From Octopus vulgaris (taxonomy: Eukaryota), in assembly GCA_951406725.2 (NCBI GenBank), contig OX597825.1, forward strand, positions 60,078,001 through 60,142,000: DNA of 64,000 bases. The letters are read 5' to 3'. The notes beneath the pieces were generated by a model, which worked only from the letters and a program-made list of their open reading frames with translations, was not told where the DNA came from and did not search any database. A program made the position numbers and the translations under genes. Shown in pieces: positions 28,534 through 43,187 of the stretch (its first letter is position 1; each line of letters starts with the position of its first letter).

Positions 28534-29582
28534 TCTACATATAAGCACATATACATTTACACACACAGACGCACACGCACACATATATATGGGGTGGGGC
28601 AACTATGTTGTTCTCTGTTACAAACTCACTGACAGCCCATGCTACATCGAAAGCACGGCACCGTTTTCAGCTGCGTCTCATTATCAATTTCTCTATTTCT
28701 ACCAATTCTGCATCCATGCATTCGACACTCAGTCTCAACGTGTAGTCCAGCCGAAGTCGCCAGCCCCACGTTGATGATTTGAATTACACCTCATTTGCTG
28801 TAACAAATTCAGCCTAAGTATACACATATATGCGAAACGAGACGAAGAACAGGTGAAAAATTATCGAAGAATTCCAGGGACATTCGACTAAATTTATGAG
28901 CTGCCATTTGTCAGTTGTGAAAAGCATATCATACATCACTGCACCGTTTCGGTTTCTGTTTTCTAACCAACAGCTGCACCAAATTTAATGAGCAACGTGA
29001 TCAGTCACAAATGCTCCATTTTAGAGGAACTTGATCCTATGAATAAATTATTCATACAGGTAATATTTAATAGCATACGTCGAGAAAATGTTTATATGCT
29101 AGCCAAAAACATATACACATATATTATTATAATCTACTAAAAACATTAACAAAATATAACGTGATAAACGTGCATACATTTATAAATTCATAACACAGGT
29201 ACAAAACCTATTGTTTACACATAAACATTATGTACGAGACAGATAATGATAATCGTAAATCTGTCATGCACACCGATTGACCTCTATAATTTACAGAAAC
29301 TCTTTTCTCACTCAGTTGGAAACTGTAGCCAATCTCTCTTTTCAGTTTCAACGTGCTTATTTACTAACGTGGCATGTGTTTTAATTCCTTACTACATCTC
29401 CATTATTTTGCTTTTCATCTTTCTCCGAGGAGGGAAAATAATCCGGAGCGTAAAACATTATACGATCAATTTCCTTTAGTCTAATATCAAACTAACAAGC
29501 GAAATTTGTGCTTCTGATCAAATTTTTCTTCTGTTAAGATACCGTATATGATACATACTTACATACATACATACATACATAC

Positions 29583-29753
29583 ATTATTATTATGGCTGCC
29601 TCCTCGTTATCGAGTATGACCATTGCACGAAGCTTAACTGTTACTGGTGCTGTGATCGAATGTGACTTTTAAGCCCAGCTAAAGATCTACAATGTCTTGT
29701 ACAAAATTGGCAACTAAAATCTTTACCGGTAATAGCCGGCTGTAGTTGTAACT
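29583..29753 (-). mobile_element. 3'-terminal fragment of the same RTE LINE family
   Basis: Reverse complement of about 7425-7585 with an (AAT)n tail, inserted in (TACA)n. Confidence 0.92.
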
Positions 29754-29933
29754 ACATACATAAATACTACATACATATATCTATATATACCAAATGAAAG
29801 ACGAAAGATGGAATATACAAACATTTATTAATCCGACAATTATTTCGACACATCTAGTAAGCTAAAAGGCATAAGGCATTCGTTTTATTATCCGTTATAT
29901 ATATATGTTTTATATATATATATATATATATAT

Positions 29934-32416
29934 TTCAACAATTGAGGGTAAAATTAATTAATTATTAATCAATTTCACCAAGTATTCGGTATGTAAAGGG
30001 ACCATTTTAGGCGAATTCAAAATATTACATTATGTATAAGGGCTTAGTAAAATAAATTACTTTGCCACATACTGAACTCATTAGAAATAGCAGCTAAAGA
30101 AATTTCTTCAGCTATTTCTAATACTTAAAGAAGATCTCTCTCAGATAGTGTTTGCCTAAACCAACTCACAAAGGTATGGGGGAAAAAACATTAAAAAATC
30201 AAGTGCAAAGGTTATTTGAGAACGTACGTTTCTAGATTAGTCAATTCGACATTTCTTTCGTCAGCTCAGAATTCCTTGAATCGGATTTGGGAACACTGAA
30301 AGTTGGGAGCATACCCTTTCGGCTTCTTATCACTTCTAGAATTCTGCTCGAACTAAAAGTGCTACCAAATTCGAATATGCAAGCGAAGAATTTCTGCTCT
30401 CCCCTTTCCACCAGCGTGGGTTAAAATTGACAAACACCATGTATTAACGGTGAAAACCTCAGCATTTAACAGAGAAAGATGAATTATAATTTCAACAATT
30501 GAGGGTAAAATTAATTAATTATTAATCAATTTCACCAAGCATTCAGTATGTAAAGGGACCATTTTAGGCGAATTCAAAATATTACATTATGTATAAGGGC
30601 TTAGTAAAATAAATTACTTTGCCACATACTGAACTCATTAGAAATAGCAGCTAAAGAAATTTCTTCAGCTATTTCTAATACTTAAAGAAGATCTCTCTCA
30701 GATATGTTTGCCTAAACCAACTCACAAAGGTATGGGGGGAAAAACATTAAAAAATCAAGTGCAAAGGTTATTTGAGAACATACGTTTCTAGATTAGTCAA
30801 TTCGACATTTCTTTCGTCAGCTCAGAATTCCTTGAATCGGATTTGGGAACACTGAAAGTTGGGAGCATACCCTTTCGGCTTCTTATCACTTCTAGAATTC
30901 TGCTCGAACTAAAAGTGCTACCAAATTCGAATATGCAAGCGAAGAATTTCTGCTCTCCCCTTTCCACCAGCGTGGGTTAAAATTGACAAACACCATGTAT
31001 TAACGGTGAAAACCGAAAGGGTATGCTCCCAACTTTCAGTGTTCCCAAATCCGATTCAAGGAATTCTGAGCTGACGAAAGAAATGTCGAATTGACTAATC
31101 TAGAAACGTACGTTCTCAAATAACATTTGCACTTGATTTTTGAATGTTTTTTCCCCCATACCTTTGTGAGTTGGTTTAGGCAAACACTATCTGAGAGAGA
31201 TCTTCTTTAAGTATTAGAAATAGCTGAAGAAATTTCTTTAGCTGCTATTTCTAATGAGTTCAGTATGTGGCAAAGTAATTTATTTTACTAAGCCCTTATA
31301 CATAATGTAATATTTTGAATTCGCCTAAAATGGTCCCTTTACATACTGAATACTTGGTGAAATTGATTAATAATTAATTAATTTACCCTCAATTGTTGAA
31401 ATTATAATTCATCTTTCTCTGTTAAATGCTGAGGTTTTCACCGTTAATACATGGTGTTTGTCAATTTTAACCCACGCTGGTGGAAAGGGGAGAGCAGAAA
31501 TTCTTCGCTTGCATATTCGAATTTGGTAGCACTTTTAGTTCGAGCAGAATTCTAGAAGTGATAAGAAGCCGAAAGGGTATGCTCCCAACTTTCAGTGTTC
31601 CCAAATCCGATTCAAGGAATTCTGAGCTGACGAAAGAAATGTCGAATTGACTAATCTAGAAACGTACGTTCTCAAATAACCTTTGCACTTGATTTATTAA
31701 TGTTTTTTCCCCATACCTTTGTGAGTTGGTTTAGGCAAACACTATCTGAGAGAGATCTTCTTTAAGTATTAGAAATAGCTGAAGAAATTTCTTTAGCTGC
31801 TATTTCTAATGAGTTCAGTATGTGGCAAAGTAATTTATTTTACTAAGCCCTTATACATAATGTAATATTTTGAATTCGCCTAAAATGGTCCCTTTACATA
31901 CTGAATACTTGGTGAAATTGATTAATAATTAATTAATTTTACCCTCAATTGTTGAAATTATAATTCATCTTTCTCTGTTAAATGCTGCGGTTTTCACCGT
32001 TAATACATGGTGTTTGACAATTTTAACCCACGCTGGTGGAAAGGGGAGAGCAGAAATTCTTCGCTTGCATATTCGAATTTGGTAGCACTTTTAGTTCGAG
32101 CAGAATTCTAGAAGTGATAAGAAGCCGAAAGGGTATGCTCCCAACTTTCAGTGTTCCCAAATCCGATTCAAGGAATTCTGAGCTGACGAAAGAAATGTCG
32201 AATTGACTAATCTAGAAACGTACGTTCTCAAATAACCTTTGCACTTGATTTTTGAATGTTTTTTCCCCATACCTTTGTGAGTTGGTTTAGGCAAACACTA
32301 TCTCAGAGAGATCTTCTTTAAGTATTAGAAATAGCTGAAGAAATTTCTTTAGCTGCTATTTAATGAGTTCAGTATGTGGCAAAGTAATTTATTTTACTAA
32401 GCCCTTATACATAATG

Positions 32417-32417
<1 letters not shown>
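29934..32417. mobile_element. Head-to-head array of a 556-557-bp non-coding HHR monomer (retrozyme or Penelope pLTR-like; family F10)
   Basis: About 1.9 copies run in one orientation (29934-31014) and about 2.5 in the other (31013-32417). The copies are near-identical, have no ORF of 60 aa or more, and both ends abut (TA)n. Confidence 0.9.
31067..31118 (+). ncRNA. Type I hammerhead ribozyme, one per monomer (also 31623-31674 +, 32179-32230 +, 30217-30268 -, 30773-30824 -)
   Basis: UGAG-CUGACGA-aAGA.aau.GUC(gaauu)GAC.uaa.UCUa-GAAAC(guac)GUU/CUCA. Stem III is the palindrome AACGUACGUU and stem I extends through an internal loop to AAGG/CCUU. Confidence 0.85.
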
Positions 32418-32503
<86 letters not shown>

Positions 32504-32505
<2 letters not shown>

Positions 32506-33785
32506 GGGTGGGGAAGCAAAATTTACAATATTTTGAGGCAGGGATTGAAAGACAGTGTATGACTAATTAGTTTACTGAAAGTCATGAGAATTTATTTGCC
32601 GCAAGAAAATTTACATAATAGAAAATATTTTTATTCTATGTGTCCCCCTTCATTCTCAATAACTGCCTTCATATGCTTCCTGAAACTTGCACAGGCGTTC
32701 CTGAAATATTCGGGAGACAACTTATCCCATTCTTCTTTATTAGCATCTTTAAGAGAGTCGACATTGCTGTGTGATGTTCTATTGGTAGCATATTCTAAAA
32801 CGCCCCAAATAGCATCATCCAGAGGGTTTAGATCTGGGCTAGAAGCCGGCCATAAACATAAAATTGCTAAAGTTGGATTTGCAGAAATCTTTTATTTTTC
32901 TAGCTGTGTGGGCTGGAGCACCATCCCGTGTCCATACATAATTACCATCTGAGTAGTTTGCTTTAAGCCATGGCAATATCTGGTATCTCAGATTCTTGTA
33001 GTAAGTATAAACATTGATCTTTTCATCAGCTTTGTAGAATTTTATAGGCGTCTTCTTTCCGTTGGAAGCCACAACACCAAACGCCATAACTTAAGCAGGA
33101 TGTTTTGTTTTGAATGTCCCCTTAACCTCAGCTGTTGATTTTGTTATAAATCTGTCATTTCTGTGGTTCAGAACAGCATCGACAGTGAAGATCTTTTCAT
33201 CTGAAAAGATCGTTACAATGGAGGACTTTTCTTGAACCATGTAATAATTTTCTTGCACCTTTCCAATCTCTTTTCCTTCATAGCTGTTGTCAACAAGTAT
33301 TTTGGTGTTCTTCTGTAAGATTGTAACCTCAAATCATATTTTACTGCATTTCTAATGGTCTTCTTGTCTACCTCAAGTTCAATTGCTATTTTTCTCATGG
33401 ATTTGGTTGGATCCTTTAGGATTTTGGATTTGAGAGCTTTAATAAAAGCTTTGGTACGTTTTTTGTTGATTCCTCTACTTCCAGACATCCTCGTAATTGT
33501 TTTGCTAATAGTCATTCTATTCTTTAAATTATAAACAGTCTTTATAGACACTCCAACTAGTCTTGAAATCTCCTTTGGTGTGACTAGTGCATTCAGCAAA
33601 TCACACACTCTTTGACATTTGCTTTCCTGATTACTCATATGGGCTAAAAGTTTCTGCAAAGGTAAGGTTAACAGTTTTAGGTATGATTATGACATCAATA
33701 TATGCTAGGTTTCAAAACAATTGACTTAGTGCCCTCTGAGAAAAAGCAACTTAACTTTCATTGTAAATTTTGCTTCCCCACCCAA
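32504..33785 (-). mobile_element. Decayed Tc1/mariner element, maT (DD37D)-like
   Basis: TIRs read GGGTGGGGAAGCAAAATTTACAAT and sit in TA runs. Transposase pieces are the HTH ORF 33213-33659, IFSDEKIFTV, YVWTRDGAPAHTA and, after a frameshift, LWPASSPDLNPLD. Restoring an 8-nt deletion gives D37D spacing. Confidence 0.9.
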
Positions 33786-34307
33786 TATATATATATGTGT
33801 GTGTGTGTGGGGGGGGGTATGTGTGCGTGTGTGTGTATAAGTATGTATGGATATATATATATGTGTATTTATATATGTCTATAACTATCTATCTACCTAT
33901 ATACGTACATATATATATATTACTGTTGATGACTTCAATTTATACCGTAGTTGATTCAATCAATTTAACATTAAACTGAAGAATAACTCAATTCTTTTAA
34001 AGTTCTTAGTAAACTTTTATAAGGCATGCGTTGACAGTGAATTCACTGTTTCGCCTTACTCGCCGACGTCAGAAAAACTGAAGATGTCTCAAGGAGAAGA
34101 TTATGCTAACGTGATGTCATTTAAGAATATCGAGATGCGTATCGTGCTTCAGATTCTGAATTCCTTGGCATTGAAAGAGTTTCGTGTATTGTAGGGACAT
34201 CTTGGCTTTCTACATTTTTATGAAACAAATTGAATATATTGCAATCGTCAGTGATAATCGACAAGAACCCCCAACCGCACATATTTAATATAATATAATA
34301 TACTATG

Positions 34308-34341
<34 letters not shown>

Positions 34342-34612
34342 ATGTATATGTTATATATATATATACATGAGATATTTTGCATATTTATATGCACACACAT
34401 ATAAGTGTACTTTGTATTGCACATGCCGTATGCGAGTACATGGGAAAAAAGAAAATATCATATTCACATAGTAGCAAATCTTTCTATACAAATAAATTAG
34501 GTTTACATTTATCAAAGAAAATCTTGTAAAAGCGAATTTATAAAGAAATCAATAGGTTTTTATAGATAAAGAAATTTCTCTGCCTAAGCATGTGTAATAT
34601 ACATTTGCGTTA

Positions 34613-34648
<36 letters not shown>

Positions 34649-34791
34649 ACACACATATATATATATATATATTTATATATATGTATGTATATTTGTATAT
34701 ATTAGGGATATATATAATACATATATATATATATATATGTACATGCATACACATTCGCACATATACATATATATATGTACATATGTGTATA

Positions 34792-34869
<78 letters not shown>

Positions 34870-35002
34870 TGTGCATGGGATTTTATATACATATATATAC
34901 ATATGACCCTATGCACACACAGATATGATTTTATTGTATATTTATATCTTTATGTATAGTTGTATGTATATATGTATGTATGCAACTATGTATCTACATA
35001 TG

Positions 35003-35064
<62 letters not shown>

Positions 35065-35683
35065 CCTTTCTAGCGATGTATATATATATGTGTGTGTATG
35101 AGTATGTGAGCGTGGGCGCTCGTGTGTGTGTATGTATTCTTATATGTTCTCGTCAGTTCTCATAATAAGAATATATATATATATATATGCTCGCACAAAC
35201 GCAAGCATTTATATGTAATAATGACACACATTTTGTGATACGTATCAAAGATCAGCTGGAAAATATAAGATGGAATGGATAGACATTTACACGAAATCTT
35301 TTGAGATTTGTACATTAATAGAACTGAAATTTATATATTAATATAATAAGCATTAAATACGTTGAGGTATATTTGCTTAAGAAAGCATGTTACACATATA
35401 GATATCGGATTTAATACAGAACATAAACTCTAGCTACACACATCCTCTCTCTCTCTCCCTCCCTCTCAAAGAACCCACACATATACACACACCCTGAGGT
35501 ACATACAGTCATACACAGGCACAGACACATATACATACATGTACATATATATATATATATATACACATAGAGAAACACACACACACATATATGCATATAT
35601 ATATATATATATATATACATATATATATGTGTATATATATGTATTTATATATATATATATATATATGCATATATATATATATA

Positions 35684-35745
<62 letters not shown>

Positions 35746-36304
35746 TGTGTGTGTATGTGTGTGTGTGTGTGTGTGTATATGCACAAATATACACATATAC
35801 AAATATTCGTACATGTCGAGTCGACGCAATATGCTGAATCGTTATCCTGTATATTACTTTTTGTATGTTACACCAACGGTTGCTGTGAACTATTTCAGTT
35901 TATATTTAAAGCTTTGATTGTGAGAGCATCGTGATCATACATACAGAAAAAATATTCACAGCTATGTTGAAATATGTCAAATATCATAGAGAAATGATTG
36001 ACTGCAGAAAGCATGCCAAGACATGGATCGCGCATGAATCACGCATTCATTTATTCAACGGATGAGCCAAGAACTCATGCCAAGAACTCATGCAAAATCG
36101 CATGAGGCTCTCATTCTTTGTATGGAACATAAGAAACGTTTTTCGGTTGGTGTTAACGAAGCATTTGATTTGCTAAATCAGTCTTTTGAGTATACAATCG
36201 TACGTAAGTGCGCGGATGGAGAATACATAAAAATGGATAAAATACTATTGCACGAAGGCACTAATATAACCTCTGTGTTACTCAAAATGTGGATATCTAG
36301 CTTA

Positions 36305-36673
36305 TCTTATCTTTTATCTTTTACTTATTTCAGTCATGAGACTACGGTCTTGCTGGGGCACCGCCTTAAAGAATTTTTAGTCGAGTGAAATGATCCCAGT
36401 GTTCTTGTCTTTTTAAACCTGGTACTTACTCTATCGTTCTTTTTTTGGTGAGCTGCTAAGTTACGGAGACGTAAACACACCAACACCGACTGTCAAACTG
36501 TGGTCACACACACACACACGCACACTGATATAGATACACGATTGGTTTCTTTCAGTTTCCGTTTATCAAAACCACACACAAAGCATTGACAAGTTCGAGG
36601 CTGTAGTAGGAGAACTTGCCGAAAGTGTCACGCAGTAGGACTGAACATAGAATCTTGTAGCTTGGAAGCAAGC
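36305..36673 (-). mobile_element. SINE family A (diverged)
   Basis: Colinear with 46051-46464. Confidence 0.8.
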
Positions 36674-38460
36674 TATAAATTCTGCACTGATAGCTTAATC
36701 TAAGCAAATGCTAAATGATGATCGTCTGTTAGGCGAACAATTTATCAGAAAGAATTTATTACTAAATTCGCCGAACCTGCGCCTAGATGTGATTGGCACT
36801 CTCATTGTTGGTACAAATTCTGCCTATCTAAACCGAGTTCATGTGTTACACAGTATTTAATTTTGGTAGTATTAACACTTTTAAATAACGTAGCTTTATG
36901 ACCGAAACTTGGTTACGAATCGTTACATAAATAATTGAAACTAGCCCTATATACTGACATTAATGTATCCTCAATGTATGGTATATTTATATGCCTTATT
37001 GTGATACCTCTTATTTGCTACCTAAATTCTACTTTAGTCTCAGTTATAATTTAAATGTTGCAAAACATTAGATTATTTTCTATTCAAAATCGATGCTGTG
37101 TGATATCAATACTAAAATTTCTTCTATTTGCAGAATTTCGTATCATATATTTCAAAGATACAGAGAGCTTCAGGGATTATTCTGCATATAGTATTCATGA
37201 GGATGACAGAGAACTGTGCATTAACCAAAACTATGACTAGCGGTGACAGTGCACGGTTATTTTTGATGCAGAATTTGCTGGTGGTTTTAATATATTTTCA
37301 GATTAATTGATTCAACTATGTTGCTATTGCTGTCAATAGAAAAGTAATGTTGGACAAAGCCGTTGCTAAAAATATTTAGACAAGATTTAAAATAGACTGA
37401 AAAATATGAGAGTGCAAATTCATAATCATCACATTACAACAAAGCCTTTTATGACTTCTATACTTCAAATATTTATACACTATATATATATATTATATTA
37501 TATTATATTATACTATATATATAATAAAAGTTATTCCTCGGCGGCAATAAGTTTTCAATATATATGTTGCTGTCGATTATTGCAACCTACACATAGTAAT
37601 TTATATATATACTAGCAGTATCGCCCGGCGTTGCTCGGGTTTGTAAGGGAAATAACTATAAAGTATTTTTAGAGGGTTATAGCCAAAAAATGGAAAAGAA
37701 ACGATGGTAAATTTTTTTAGTTAAAAAGGTCGAGTTGCGTCCCCTAGACAGTCTGTGGTTTGTGTTTCTGATTCTCGACCCCATGTCGAATTTATCGATT
37801 TTTTTCAGAACTAACTTTTCAAAATTTTCGCTGCGTTAGTTTTGAATTATGATATATATATATATATATGCCGTTTATATATATATATATATATATATAT
37901 ATTAAGGGCATTACTATATATAAATGCCTCACGCTAGGAGGGACTTTTAAAGTCAAAACTACTATAATAACCACATTGTACCGTACGCAAAGGAATGCAA
38001 CTCTCGAAACGAACCTCCTATATATACACATGTTACTAGGTTTAGATTACAATAATCTACAGGAATATATAAATTGGAAGCTGATGCTGAGGAAAAAGTG
38101 TTTATTAAAATCGAAATAACACTTAGATCTGTCAGTGTGCGCGCTTACAAAAAAATACATAAAAGGGAATATAAGACAATGTCAAGAAGCAGATCATATC
38201 AAATAGAACGCTAAACGAAACCAGAAACTCTTTCCAATTTATTGCTTGCGAAAATTAATACGGTGTTATAAAATATAAGCTACGTTTAGAAGTTTCAATA
38301 GATTCTCATAAATTGGAGTTATATTATTAAGAAGACCGCTTCTCATTGCTGCAAAAACGTAGCTGTAAATTCTCTACTTATAGCTTAATCTATACAAGTA
38401 CTAAATGATGATTGACTGTTCGGCGAACAATTTATCAGAAAGAGTTTATTGCTAAATTCG
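36670..38460 (+). repeat. Diverged direct repeat of about 100 bp (36670-36770 and 38360-38460)
   Basis: Both copies share ATAGCTTAATCTA...CTAAATGATGAT...GGCGAACAATTTATCAGAAAGA.TTTATT.CTAAATTCG. Confidence 0.85.
37612..37852 (-). mobile_element. Short non-autonomous Helitron
   Basis: On the minus strand it starts A/TC and ends with the hairpin CCCGAGCAACGCCGGG, then about 8 nt, then CTAG/T. It is inserted at an AT site with no TSD. Confidence 0.7.
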
Positions 38461-39024
38461 GGCCAAAATGTTCAATCGAAACACGTTTTGGCTAATTGCC
38501 ATTCGAGCAAATATTATTCCCTTTTAAACTCTGTAAAATTAGCAATTTATTCAGTATCATGTCTTGGCATTTTTGAGTGTCCAAATATTATTTATATTTG
38601 TGTTGTTTCCAGCAAAATGAACATATGAAATCATTCTTTTAAAAAAAAAGAACGCACTCATTATCAAACGGAATACATTTATTAATGCGCTGCTTTCAGA
38701 AGAGAATTAATGTTCATTTTAATACGATTTTGGTATACAAACCTCCGTAATATTTAGAGATAGCACTAATTGGGTTTTACAGCATCTACTTTACAGCTAA
38801 ACTCTTCTAGGAAATATATTTCTATGTTCCGGAATAATCTAATTACAACTAGTTTTTGTTTTATTGTCACATGAGAGTTTAACTATCATGGACTGAAAAA
38901 TTATTTTTACCAAGTAATCTGTGGACAATGAAGGAAAATGCAATATTGAGGAACGCTATGGAATCTCTACGAAAGGATTTGCGATCAAATTGTACTGAAA
39001 ATTATATACATACATACATGTATA

Positions 39025-39178
<154 letters not shown>

Positions 39179-39870
39179 TACATATACATATATATATATA
39201 TATGAAAACCCTAATGTCCCTAAATAGAGAGCGCGAGATGGAGTTTCGTGCAGTGTTGTATAGTTCTTTAAATCTAGGACACTTATGGTGGAGTAGAGCA
39301 GTGATTTTTCATGGGACAAACTGATTTTAATAATGAAAGTGGGAATTAAAATATTTTGGATGGAATTTCAGATTACAGCAACATGGATTTTTTATACTAC
39401 ACTTTGTAAGATAAGTATATTTCTTCAATCCAGAACATGACCTTAATATTACTCGGAATTACATATCATTCATCTCGGCATTCAGTCCTCAAATGTTCAA
39501 TAATTGCTCAATATGTATACTAATTGTAGTCAATGGAAATTTGAAAGAATCCATTTCTATTTTAAGCAGGAAGTTTGGTCGAATAAAAGAAAATATATCT
39601 CGTGTGCATACTTCCCTTAATTATAAATACAAATGCCATTGCACAATATTATTCACACTATTATATTTAATTTGTTTCAAAAGATTTTGTGTTTTCCCAT
39701 GAAACTTGAATGTTATTAGAACTTCATAGTGTTTTAGTTTTCCTAAAGCTTAACATTGTTTATCGAATTATATAGTTTCGATTTGAACATACTTGATTCA
39801 TTGTTGTAATGAATTTTTTCCTTTGTTTGAATTTCAATGTGAACTTTGTCCCGCCCTCTCACCAAGATAT

Positions 39871-39936
39871 AGCCGAACCGCTAAGTTTCGGGGACATATA
39901 CACACCAGCATCGGTTGTCAAGCGATGTTGGAGGGA

Positions 39937-40024
<88 letters not shown>

Positions 40025-40189
40025 CACGACGGGCTTCTTCTAGTTTCCGTCTACCAAATCCATTCACGACGCTTTGGTCGGCCCGAGGCTATAGTAGAAG
40101 ACACTTGCCCAAGGTGCCACGCAGTGGGACAGAATAGTGACCATGTGGTTGGTAAGCAAGCTACTTACCACACAGCCACTCCTAAACCA

Positions 40190-40254
<65 letters not shown>

Positions 40255-40465
40255 TGTGTTTGTCATACCAACATCGATTGACAACCAATGCTGCTGGTGT
40301 GTTTACGTCCCCGTAAACAGCGGTTCGTCAAAAATCACCGATAGAATAAGTACTACGCTTACAAAGACTAAGTCCTGGGGTCGATTTGCTCGACTAAAGG
40401 CAGTTCTCCAGCATGATCGCAGTCAAATGACAGAAATAAGTAAAAGTGTTAAAGAGTAAAAAGAG
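39871..40465. mobile_element. Two SINE family A pieces in opposite orientation (39871-40183 minus, 40251-40465 plus)
   Basis: The minus copy lacks its tail. The plus copy is only the 3' half and starts at the internal microsatellite. Confidence 0.85.
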
Positions 40466-42697
40466 CAATAATATAGATTCATGTTATTGTAACTGTATAA
40501 TCTCCCATAGCTTTTAAATTCTTTGTCCCACTCTGTTAACGTTTGTCGTGACAAATCTAATGCTTCCGAACACTGAAAACTAAATTTATTTAACATTTTT
40601 TTCAAGGAAAGTTAAAAGAAAAATGCCAAGAATTTATATAAACACTAAAACTTTGAAAGTGATTGAGTTTGTTGGGTCTGAAGGTGAATGGCCGATTATA
40701 CGTCACGCTAAACATTATTTATACGGAAATTTTTATTTAAAATCCTTGCTTGCAATTTTGCTTAAATGAAAGTGTGGTAATTTTATTTCATTTTGAAAAG
40801 TCCTGATTGAGCAATCGGAAATGTTTGGCTTTTGCAGACTTTATGTGACCATTTTTCTCTGCAACTAAGCAAAGTTAAGTCAAGGCAGCCATGGTGTGAG
40901 GATTGTAATATACATTATTTCCCTAGAACTTTATTATTGTTGCACATATATTCATATATCCGTTATAGGATGTGTTTATTTTTTATGCTTGAGTCTTTTA
41001 TTTCTTTGTACAAAACATTTTTCTAACATTATTTCTATTACTCCATTGCTAAAGGTGTTCACTATGTTCTGTTGTTGTAGCAACGAACAACAGGTATATA
41101 TTTCGTATTTTACTTGGAATTAACTAAACAGTGGTTGTAATAAACTTACTCATACAATACATACACAGATGCATAAATACATACACATATCTACATATAT
41201 ACATACACATCCATATATATAAACATGTTCGTATAAATATATATATATATGCATATATATTTCAAGTTAAATAACTGCGTAGACAGCAATATCTGATATA
41301 TGATAAATGTTAGTATGTAAACTAATTTTATAATTTCTCGATAGTATTGTTTAAGTATTATCAAATATCGTGAGATATATTGGAATATGGTGAAGCATAT
41401 TTATATGTATTGTTCTACATTTCAGTAAGTGTCGTCGAATAAATTGTAAAGCAGGAATAATGAATGGGAAAGCTGAAAATCCTACATTAATTATACTTTA
41501 GAAATCTCCAAGCATTTCAAACAAAAACAATCATTTAATACTTGATAAATCTTCGTAAACTTTACCGAAAATCTAATACATATGTCTGAATTGAACATGT
41601 GGACCATTCTAGCGAAAAACCTGTCTCGCAGTATTCTGATTTTCAAAGTATTCTCTCTCATTAAAACAAAACTCTTGAGATAAGATTTCCTTCAAATCAC
41701 GTTAATTCTCGCTTTATCTATTTAATCCAGTCTGTCATTTTTGCTATACTGTTACTTAACCAATGTCCACATATTTACTGGCTACTTTCTAGATGTAATT
41801 TTCACTATTTCAAATTTGGTCTTTGAGAGAAAATCTTTTTATTACCACGTATCTCCAGTATTGTGTGTCGCACGAATCTCTCTCTTAACACAACATTTTC
41901 TTTTATTGTTAATTCTTCTCTTTCCTTACGTCTTTCTAAACAACCTCCCATCCTTCCTTTCTTATTATTTCATGCTAGTTATATCAGTGAGTTTCCAGAA
42001 TAGCTAGAATGTTGGGGAATGCACGTTACTGCATATATACAAGATATTTATGTTCGGAGTTTAATTAAACTCGAGGAAACTTTGCATTTCACTCTTGCCT
42101 GAGGTCAATAAAATAAAGTACCAGACATAAATTGGGGCCGATTTAATCGACTAAATACTCCCTCCAAATTGCTGGCAAAGCTTCATTAGTGTTTTTATCT
42201 TGTCTTGCATTCTTTAAACTGATACCTTCATCTTATATTCTCACTTCCTTATCTTTTAATTTATAATTTAAAAGCAAAAATGCAAGTCCTTTTATTTCCT
42301 TATCTTTCTTAACATGCCCTCATATGTTACTCTTTCTCATATTTTTACTTTTAATATTTTCATTTCCTTTCATCTATATCTTCGCATTTTCTACTTCGTC
42401 TCTTCCACTTCATTCATCTTCTTTTCTGTTTGTCCTTTGTTCTGTCTTCATTTCCTTCTCCCTTTTTTTTTTCTCAAATTTATTTTTGCTCTCTTCATTT
42501 CCATGTTTTTGTTCTTTTCTAGAAGGCTGTCTTCGTCTTCTTTGTCTTTCCATTTTTTTCCTCTTGATCGATCAACCTGAGATGTCTGAGAATAAAAGTT
42601 TTGTTGATGGAATCTAGAAAAAACAGCTGAGTATCTCTTACAGTGCTGGTCATATAACATTTCCATTTTTCATTTCGAATTTTCCTCTCTCTTCTTC

Positions 42698-42699
<2 letters not shown>

Positions 42700-42756
<57 letters not shown>

Positions 42757-42759
42757 ATA

Positions 42760-42816
<57 letters not shown>

Positions 42817-43048
42817 CTCTCTCTCTATATATATATCTTCTTACCTACCCGTCTAACATTCATTTTTTCCCTCTCTCTGCTGTGTCCATGACTCTTTCCT
42901 CTCCTCTCCGCCTTTTCCTTCCTTCCTCTCCCTCTTCCTCCTCCCCTTCTCCCTCTTCCTCCTCCCCTTCTTCCTCTTCTTCTTCTTCTTTTCCTTGATC
43001 TCACCCTCCTCCTCCTTTTTTTTCTGCTTCACTACCAACACAACTACC

Positions 43049-43110
<62 letters not shown>

Positions 43111-43113
43111 CAG

Positions 43114-43145
<32 letters not shown>

Positions 43146-43149
43146 GCAG

Positions 43150-43187
<38 letters not shown>

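Noticed and set aside
29934-32417. CRISPR array or simple satellite interpretation
   Set aside because: There is no repeat-spacer structure and the context is eukaryotic. The orientation switch and one HHR per unit fit a retrozyme or PLE origin better.
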